From positions 32,001 through 96,000 of IMG/VR virus record IMGVR_UViG_3300046777_001793: a stretch of 64,000 nt of DNA, one strand, 5' to 3'. Shown piece by piece: positions 57,026-64,000 of the stretch. The stretch is from a virus. The stretch's first letter is position 1; the number at the start of each line of letters is the position of its first letter. A program made the translations under genes and the position numbers. The notes under the pieces were generated by a model. The model did not search any database and was not told the DNA's origin. It worked only from the letters and a program-made list of their open reading frames with translations.

Positions 57026-58187
57026 AATTTGCAAAGATTTAATCTTTGAACAACCGTTTTACGGATATGTATTATTAGGATTACAAAAAGAATTTAGTAC
57101 CAAAGTTCCAACAGCAGGAGTAGGTATTAATGGGATTAACTTTAAGTTATATATTAACCCAGAATTTTGGTCAACTTTAAATGAAAGTCAAAAGAAAGGA
57201 CTTATTATGCATGAGTTAATGCATGTAGTATTTTTTCATTTAACTGATTTTAAACATTTGAAAAATGCTGAAGTGTCTAACATAAGCAAAGACATTGAAA
57301 TCAATCAAAAGATTCCAAGAGATATGTTACCAGCTGAAGGTTGTTTTCTTGAAGATTTTTTAGAATATGGATTAGAACCTAATGAAGGTACTAACACCTA
57401 TTACAAAAAGTTAATGCAAAACAATGATGTAAAAGAACAGTTAGGTGGTGAAGCACAAGGTTCAGGTGCAAGTCAATTTCAAAATGGAAATGGTAAACCT
57501 ATACCTGTTCCAGAACATAACTGGGGAGAGATTGAAAATGCATCTGAAAGTCAAGTCAAGTTAATGGAAAGACAACTTGCTGAAGTTTTAGATAACGCTA
57601 TAGAACAGGTAAAAAAATCTCAAGGAAAATATCCTAAAGATATTGAAAAAAGAATTCAAAAAATTCTTAAACCTGATCCACCAAAGTTTAATTGGAAAGC
57701 ATACCTTAAAAGATTTGTAGGAAGTTCAATTAAAACTTCTATGAAAAAAACTATGCGTAAAAAGTCATTGAGATTTGAACATGATTTTGGATTAAAAGTA
57801 ATACAATACTCAAGTGTTCTTGTTGGTATAGACAGTTCTGCATCTGTTTCTAATAAAGAAATACATGAGTTCTTAAATGAATTACATCACATGTATAAAT
57901 CAGGAAATGATTTTACCCTTATTTTTGCAGATACAGAAATGCAAGAACCTATTAAGTATAACCCAAAGAAAGAACTCATACTTAAAAAGCGTGGCGGAAC
58001 TTCATTTGATCCAATAGTAGATTACTATAGAGCAAACAGAAATAAATATTCTACTTTGATATATCTTACAGATGGTGAAGCACCAGTTCCAAGAAACCCT
58101 GTAAAGAATATGCTGTGGGTATTATCAACAATTAGTAGTGATGCAGATCACTTAAAACAATGTGGTAAAGTAATTAAATTAAACTAA
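57009..58187 (+). CDS. DUF2201-type metallopeptidase plus vWA protein
   Basis: PFYG, PTAGV, HELMH, DSSAS MIDAS, GGTSF, LTDG. Confidence 0.85.
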   Translation: MHSLSKICKDLIFEQPFYGYVLLGLQKEFSTKVPTAGVGINGINFKLYINPEFWSTLNESQKKGLIMHELMHVVFFHLTDFKHLKNAEVSNISKDIEINQKIPRDMLPAEGCFLEDFLEYGLEPNEGTNTYYKKLMQNNDVKEQLGGEAQGSGASQFQNGNGKPIPVPEHNWGEIENASESQVKLMERQLAEVLDNAIEQVKKSQGKYPKDIEKRIQKILKPDPPKFNWKAYLKRFVGSSIKTSMKKTMRKKSLRFEHDFGLKVIQYSSVLVGIDSSASVSNKEIHEFLNELHHMYKSGNDFTLIFADTEMQEPIKYNPKKELILKKRGGTSFDPIVDYYRANRNKYSTLIYLTDGEAPVPRNPVKNMLWVLSTISSDADHLKQCGKVIKLN

Positions 58188-58492
58188 TGAAAAAACTATT
58201 TATAGCATTATCATTAATAGCAACAAGTTGTGTTACTAGTAATCAAGAAAAAGACATCAGAATTTATTATCAAAATGGTTCTGTTGAAGATTTAACAATC
58301 AGTACAGAACATGGGTATTCTGATCAAATTGGCGGTAGAGAAGCAACAATTTATTTTCATAATGGATGTTTGTATAGAAGTCACCAAGAAACTAAATATG
58401 ATGCAAACTTTACAAGTTGTATCAGATGTGGTGTAAAGAACTTTGAAGTTCTTGAAATAAGAAATATTAAAATCAAAAAAGATGGTGAGTAA
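58187..58492 (+). CDS. lipoprotein
   Basis: MKKLFIALSLIATSC lipobox. Confidence 0.6.
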   Translation: MKKLFIALSLIATSCVTSNQEKDIRIYYQNGSVEDLTISTEHGYSDQIGGREATIYFHNGCLYRSHQETKYDANFTSCIRCGVKNFEVLEIRNIKIKKDGE

Positions 58493-58653
58493 CATTGATG
58501 AACAAGACATAATAAATGTCGCAAAAGGCATTAATAAAGAATTAAGTGCTGAACAAATAAACAAAGTATTGCACATGTATCCACATGAAGAAGAATGTGA
58601 TCCAACAGGAACATGGAATTTAATTGTAGAACATTGTATCTACAAAGTGATTA

Positions 58654-59511
58654 ATGAAAACTAAAGTTTTAAAATCATTACAAATTCTTCCTTCAGGTAG
58701 GTCAACAGATTTTATTATGCCTTCAATAATATTTGGTTGTGGGTATGACTGTTTATACTGTTACTGTAAAAGACATGTTAATGATGGCTTTGTTGTATCA
58801 GAAAACATATCACAAATACTATCTGAAGTAAACGCACATGCATTCTTTGCAGATGTAAAGAAACCAAATCAAACACATCCTGAATACATAACGTATGACA
58901 TTGGTTGTAATTCAGATATGGCTTTACATTTAAAGCACTATCCTTGGGAAACAATATTTGATTTCTTTAAAGAACATCCTATTGCCATGGGTAGTTTTGC
59001 TACAAAGTATGTAAACAAAAGATTGTTAGAATACAATCCTGAAAGAAAAATAAGAATAAGGTTTAGCTTAATGCCAGAACCTTATAGACAAATTCTTGAA
59101 CCCAAAACTTCATCTATTGCAGAACGCATTGATGCAATCAACTTATTTGCTAAAGCTGGATATGATGTCCATGTAAATTTTAGTCCAGTAATTGTTGTAA
59201 AGGGTTGGGCCAAAGAATATGAAAGATTATTTCATCAACTTAATGTAGGTGTAGATGATGCTTTAAAACAAAATGTACTTGCTGAAGTTATCTTCTTAAC
59301 CCATAACATAAAAAAGCATGAAGTAAACCTACAGGTTGATCCTATAGGTGAAAGTTTATTATGGAATCCTAAAATACAAGAACGTAAAATCTCTCAATTT
59401 GGTGGAGAGAATATAAGATATGCAAAAGGATTTAAAAGAAATTGCATAGAGGACTTTATAGAAGCACATGATTCTATAATCAGTTGGAACACAATACGTT
59501 ATATTTTCTAA
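58654..59511 (+). CDS. spore photoproduct lyase-like radical SAM protein
   Basis: GCGYDCLYCYC, YDIGCNSD, SFATK, RIRFSLMP, VHVNFSPVI, EVIFLTHN. Confidence 0.8.
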   Translation: MKTKVLKSLQILPSGRSTDFIMPSIIFGCGYDCLYCYCKRHVNDGFVVSENISQILSEVNAHAFFADVKKPNQTHPEYITYDIGCNSDMALHLKHYPWETIFDFFKEHPIAMGSFATKYVNKRLLEYNPERKIRIRFSLMPEPYRQILEPKTSSIAERIDAINLFAKAGYDVHVNFSPVIVVKGWAKEYERLFHQLNVGVDDALKQNVLAEVIFLTHNIKKHEVNLQVDPIGESLLWNPKIQERKISQFGGENIRYAKGFKRNCIEDFIEAHDSIISWNTIRYIF

Positions 59512-59523
59512 TCAATTTTTAAA

Positions 59524-60702
59524 ATGGAAGCAACTAAATTATCAAGTAAAGAGTTAAAAGAAGTATTAACTCACGTTATTAATAACAACAAAGTTATTCA
59601 AGGACAAAACAAAAAACCTGTATCAGTATCTATATTGGGTCATGCAGGGTTAGGTAAAACAACTTTGGTTGAAGAACTTCAAAAAGAATTAAAAATAAAT
59701 CATTTTGAATATATTAACCTTGCACAGATAGATGAGTTAGGTGACTTAGTTGGTATTCCAATTAAACAATATTGGTTGACTACACCACAAGGAAAAGGAA
59801 AATGGATAGATGAAACTATCATAGAACAATATGCAAAAGAAGGATGGACTATCACAAATAATTCAAGAATGAGTTATGCTAAACCTCAATTTATTGCAGG
59901 TAAAGGTGAAAATGGTATCTTATTACTTGATGACTATACACGTTGTCAACCAAGATTTATGCAAGCAGTAATGGAAATTATTTCTAAACAAGAATATATT
60001 TCTTGGAAGCTTCCTAAAAATTGGACTGTAATATGTACAGAAAATCCTGATGATGGAACTTATAATGTAAGTGATACAGATCCAGCAGCACAGTCAAGAA
60101 AGCTAACATTTGAATTAAAGTATGATGCTGAATCATGGGCTGAATGGGCTGAAAAGAATGGTGTAGATAGAAGATGTATTTCTTTTATGTTGTTGAATCC
60201 AGAAATAATTAAAACAGAAACACCTCATATTAATCCACGTTCACTTACAAAGTTCTTTGATACCTTAACAACTATTGCAGACTTTGAATCTAACCTTTCT
60301 CTTGTAAGAACATTAGCAGAAGGTGCTGTAGGATCTGAAGTTGCATCTTTATTTTGTTCATTCATTAATAACAAGATGGATAAGATGATTTCTCCTGAAA
60401 GAATAATGGACACTACAATTTCATTTGAAGCTATTCAAGATGAAATTAAAGAGTTGATTAAAGAAGGTTTGGATTATAGAGCAGACTTAGCATTTGTTGT
60501 AACAACAAGATTGATTAACTATCTAGCATTTACATTAGATAAAGTTACACCAAAACATATTGATAGACTTGCTGATTTAATTAAATCAAATTGTTTAGGT
60601 ACAGATTTAAAATTTGTATTAGCTAAAAAAGTTACTAATCAAGACAACAGATATAATGCACTATTAGTTCATTCAGAAGTTGTTGATATAATTTTAGAAT
60701 AA
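59524..60702 (+). CDS. MoxR-like AAA+ ATPase
   Basis: GHAGLGKTT, LLLDDYTR, ENP, DPAAQSR, NPRS. Confidence 0.85.
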   Translation: MEATKLSSKELKEVLTHVINNNKVIQGQNKKPVSVSILGHAGLGKTTLVEELQKELKINHFEYINLAQIDELGDLVGIPIKQYWLTTPQGKGKWIDETIIEQYAKEGWTITNNSRMSYAKPQFIAGKGENGILLLDDYTRCQPRFMQAVMEIISKQEYISWKLPKNWTVICTENPDDGTYNVSDTDPAAQSRKLTFELKYDAESWAEWAEKNGVDRRCISFMLLNPEIIKTETPHINPRSLTKFFDTLTTIADFESNLSLVRTLAEGAVGSEVASLFCSFINNKMDKMISPERIMDTTISFEAIQDEIKELIKEGLDYRADLAFVVTTRLINYLAFTLDKVTPKHIDRLADLIKSNCLGTDLKFVLAKKVTNQDNRYNALLVHSEVVDIILE

Positions 60703-61625
60703 TGAAGGCAATTGTTGTTCCATTTAACGCAAGTCATGAAATGGATTTAAGTAGAACAGGAAAAGTAGTTTCATTAACTATAACAGAAAAAGGAAGTAAT
60801 GGAGAACAAATAATTCCTAGAAGTCAGGTATTACTTCAATATCAATCAGAAAATTTAAATATTGTTGGTGCTCCTAGATATATTGATATACCTTCAAATT
60901 GGAAAAATAAAAAAGGTTTAAATATTAAAGTAGTAAAGCAAAATCAGATTAAAAGGTTTATAGTTGCAGACTATGAACCTTTTATACATTCAAAAAACTT
61001 ATCACATGTAGAGTTATTAACACTTCAACTTTGGGCTAGTAATACATTTGATATATGGAATATTAGTAATGGAGAACCATGTGTATTACTTTTTGATGCT
61101 AGTGACAAAATAATTAGAAATAATCCAGCTTTAAGTGAATTATTACATTCAGAAGAGATTGCAATGGGAGCAATAAACGCAATAATGTCTAATATTGATG
61201 AGATTCCTGTTAGTGAATATAATTTATTGTTGTTTGAAACTAGAGCAATGATTGATGCGGAAAAATACAAAAAATTAAAATCATTTATTGGAACAGATAA
61301 TGAAAGCATGCTATTAAAAATTATAGATTCATGCAATATGGCAATATCAATTACTGAAGTATTATTACTTTTTAATGAAATTCATTTAACTGATAAACAT
61401 AAAACTTTAATTAATAAGTTACCAAGGTTAAAAAAAATAATGGGAAAGTTTATTAACAATGCTTATTTTAAAATAGATGAAATTGTTGATTATTCAGAAA
61501 TGATTAAAGGTAGAACTTTAGGTAATGATGAAAAATTATTTATTGCTGAAAACTTTAAAACTAACGTTATAAAAAGTAACACGTTTGATGTAAAATTTAA
61601 ATTAAAACAACGCTTAAATAAATAA
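60702..61625 (+). CDS. hypothetical protein
   Basis: 307 aa ORF coupled to the ATPase. Confidence 0.6.
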   Translation: MKAIVVPFNASHEMDLSRTGKVVSLTITEKGSNGEQIIPRSQVLLQYQSENLNIVGAPRYIDIPSNWKNKKGLNIKVVKQNQIKRFIVADYEPFIHSKNLSHVELLTLQLWASNTFDIWNISNGEPCVLLFDASDKIIRNNPALSELLHSEEIAMGAINAIMSNIDEIPVSEYNLLLFETRAMIDAEKYKKLKSFIGTDNESMLLKIIDSCNMAISITEVLLLFNEIHLTDKHKTLINKLPRLKKIMGKFINNAYFKIDEIVDYSEMIKGRTLGNDEKLFIAENFKTNVIKSNTFDVKFKLKQRLNK

Positions 61626-61627
61626 AA

Positions 61628-62659
61628 ATGAAAGAGTTAAATGACAATGAATTGCTAAATGAAAGCAATTTTTATGAAGGAGTAAATAATTTATTCCTTA
61701 GTCCAAGTGCATTAAAGATGTTATTGGAAACACCTGCAAAGTATTATGACTACTATGTGTTAGGTAACAAAGAAAAGAAGAGTGCAAAATTCTTTGATGA
61801 AGGAACATTAGTTCATGCATTAGTATTAGAACCAGACACAGTTAATGAGAAGTTTGTTAAGATGGGAATTAGTACACCATCTGATTCTACAAAAGCTTGT
61901 CTTGATCATTTGTTATCATTAGAAAGAAATGCTTCTGAACTTGAAGAATACACAGAAGAAATCATTGATTACTTAAAAGAAATTAATCTTCACCAATCAC
62001 TTGTTGATGACAAGAAACCAGGTAAAGATGGTAAGATGTACACAGGTGATGAAAAAAGAATTGCTAAAATCATCAATGAAAATTCTTGTGAATATTTTAA
62101 ATTGATGGTTGAAGGTAGAGATAAAGTAATTGTTGATGCTGCTATGTGGGATAGATGTTATGCTAAAGCAGAAGAAATATTGAAACACCCATACGTTAAA
62201 AGATTACTTGAAGAAACACCAACTGATGAAATAAGAACAGAGTTGGAATTAAGTGCAAAGATTGAAGATGTTAAGTATGGTATTAAAGGTATCCTTGACA
62301 TTATCAAAGTTGATAAAACTGAAAAGAAAATCTACGTTGCAGATTTAAAAACATCTTCAGGAAATTTAAAAGCATTTCCTGATTCTGTTGAGAAATATGG
62401 TTACTGGTTACAAGGTGCAATATATTCTGCTTTAGCAAAATCATTAGCAGTTGGTGGTGCTATGAATTATTCTGTTGAAGTTAGTTTCATTGTAATAGAT
62501 AACAACAACCAAGTATATCCATTTGTTGTTACAGAAAAATCATTGGTAGAGTGGAGAATTAGAATGTATGAATTAATTAACAAAGAAATTGATTATCATA
62601 TCACAAATAAAGATTTCACTTTACCTTATGAGTATGCAAACAATTTAATAACTTTGTAA
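61628..62659 (+). CDS. PD-(D/E)xK exonuclease (RecE/ExoVIII-like)
   Basis: LSPSALK, GTLVH, KGILD, DLKT, YWLQGAIY. Confidence 0.8.
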   Translation: MKELNDNELLNESNFYEGVNNLFLSPSALKMLLETPAKYYDYYVLGNKEKKSAKFFDEGTLVHALVLEPDTVNEKFVKMGISTPSDSTKACLDHLLSLERNASELEEYTEEIIDYLKEINLHQSLVDDKKPGKDGKMYTGDEKRIAKIINENSCEYFKLMVEGRDKVIVDAAMWDRCYAKAEEILKHPYVKRLLEETPTDEIRTELELSAKIEDVKYGIKGILDIIKVDKTEKKIYVADLKTSSGNLKAFPDSVEKYGYWLQGAIYSALAKSLAVGGAMNYSVEVSFIVIDNNNQVYPFVVTEKSLVEWRIRMYELINKEIDYHITNKDFTLPYEYANNLITL

Positions 62660-62670
62660 AAAATTATTTT

Positions 62671-63048
62671 ATGTCAGAACAAAACCAACCAAAATCAATG
62701 ATGATTGTTAGTCAAGATTACATGGATCAACCTACATTTGGAATGATTCCTGTAACTAATGATTGTCCATTTGTGGAAGTAGTATTCCTACCAAACACAC
62801 AACAGTTAGCTGTAATGTCTAAAACAACAAAAGAAACTTTTCATTTCTTTTCAAGACTAGATGACAACGGTGATCCAATTCCTGCAAAAAGAAGAGTAGA
62901 AACAAGAGCACCATACAAACAAGAAAGAAAATTAATTAATACTTTCTATGAGTATTATTTAAAAGATGCAAAAGATATTCGTCAGTTCCTTGACCTTTTT
63001 GCAATCAACCCAGACTCAAACTTGGTTGATACTTTCATGAAAAAATAA
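62671..63048 (+). CDS. hypothetical protein
   Basis: ORF followed by terminator. Confidence 0.6.
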   Translation: MSEQNQPKSMMIVSQDYMDQPTFGMIPVTNDCPFVEVVFLPNTQQLAVMSKTTKETFHFFSRLDDNGDPIPAKRRVETRAPYKQERKLINTFYEYYLKDAKDIRQFLDLFAINPDSNLVDTFMKK

Positions 63049-63065
63049 ACCATTAATATTTACTA

Positions 63066-63101
63066 AAATGGCGAGATTCTTATTGATTCTCGCCATTTTT
63101 T
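63066..63101 (+). terminator. intrinsic terminator
   Basis: AAAATGGCGAGA...TCTCGCCATTTT plus T-run. Confidence 0.75.
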
Positions 63102-63112
63102 ATCTCTAAAAT

Positions 63113-64000
63113 ATGCAATTAGAAAAAGCTTACGTATATGATTATGAAACTGTATGCAACTGTTTTCTTGGTGTATTTGTTAGTGTTAAAAATCCAAAGA
63201 ACATAATCTCTTTTGAAGTAAGTGAATTTAAAAATGATATAGATGCATACTTAAAGTTTATGAATTATTGCATAAAGAATAATGTATTGCTAGTATCATT
63301 CAATGGTTTAAAATTTGACAATCAGATTTCCAGAGCAATCCTTAGTAATAAGATTGATAAGAAAGGAACAGGGTTAGATATTGCTGATCAGATTTATAGA
63401 ATAGCACAAGAAGTAATTAGGATTTCTAACAATAAAAACCCATTAGAAAAAAGCTATCCGTTATTTGGAAAAAAAGATAATCCTTTTAAAGAATGTGATA
63501 TTTTAAGCATAAACAATTATGACAATGCCGCCAAAATGAGTTCTTTAAAATGGTTGCAATACAACATGGATTGGTACAATGTAGAAGATATGTCAAAACC
63601 TCATAACAAAAGACATAATGAGAAAGACATTCTTGTATTAAAATCTTATTGTATTAATGACTGTTTATCTACCAGGGAACTGTTCTTTAAAAACAAATCT
63701 GAAATACTTTTAAGGTCTAAACTTTCCACTCACTTTAAATTAGATTTATACAATTCTTCTGAACCAAGTTTAGCAAAAGAGATATTCTTAAAGCTATTGT
63801 CTGAAGCTTTAAATATATCAAAAGGGGAGTTAAGAAAACAAAGAACTTACAGAAAACAAATTATACTTGAAGAACTCATACTTCCGTATATGAAATTCAA
63901 GACACCTGTAATGATAAACACTTTGAGAAAGTTCAAGAGTTTAAAATTAGATGGTGAAAATCTTAAAGGTTCATTTAAACATGAGATAGTTTACAAAGGA
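63113..64000 (+). CDS. DNA polymerase, probably family B; N-terminal 3'-5' exonuclease part, runs off right edge
   Basis: Not in track; MQLEKAYVYDYET (ExoI), SFNGLKFD (ExoII), SSLKWLQ, YCINDC (ExoIII). Confidence 0.75.
   Translation, partial: MQLEKAYVYDYETVCNCFLGVFVSVKNPKNIISFEVSEFKNDIDAYLKFMNYCIKNNVLLVSFNGLKFDNQISRAILSNKIDKKGTGLDIADQIYRIAQEVIRISNNKNPLEKSYPLFGKKDNPFKECDILSINNYDNAAKMSSLKWLQYNMDWYNVEDMSKPHNKRHNEKDILVLKSYCINDCLSTRELFFKNKSEILLRSKLSTHFKLDLYNSSEPSLAKEIFLKLLSEALNISKGELRKQRTYRKQIILEELILPYMKFKTPVMINTLRKFKSLKLDGENLKGSFKHEIVYKG

Noticed and set aside
5850-62188. Many short antisense or out-of-frame ORFs in the track (e.g. 9584, 10182, 30429, 33627, 41331, 61025)
   Set aside because: Shadows of well-supported genes with no independent motifs
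1-64000. Stop-codon reassignment as in some crAss-like phages
   Set aside because: Long genes are intact in the standard code, and TAG/TGA end genes that abut the next start

Overview
AT-rich segment of a crAss-like (Crassvirales-related) dsDNA phage, read in the standard genetic code. A Bacteroidota host is inferred from TAnnTTTG promoter elements and the ClpS type. The left arm (1-28253, minus strand) is the late module. It holds Cys-rich tail/virion genes, a crAss-type major capsid protein, scaffold-like protein, portal, large terminase, nuclease, HU/IHF-like protein, a lysis cassette, GroES, a compact cluster of predicted immune-signal sponges (Tad1-like, Acb2-like, Acb4-like fused to a WDGH-type domain) and a RepL-like protein with four upstream iterons. 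A largely non-coding switch region (28254-33450) carries repeated C-GNA-G triloop DNA hairpins resembling N4-type virion-RNAP promoters, a roughly 410 nt multi-hairpin ORF-free unit, further structured segments and two aberrant tRNA-like genes. The right arm (plus strand) has small early genes, DnaJ, ThyX, a glucosaminidase, SF2 helicase, ClpS, a degenerate UDG, DnaB, Sak4-like ATPase, SSB-like protein, primase, vWA/MoxR, an SplB-like radical SAM enzyme, an exonuclease and the start of a family B DNA polymerase. All family calls come from motif recognition by eye; no searches were run.
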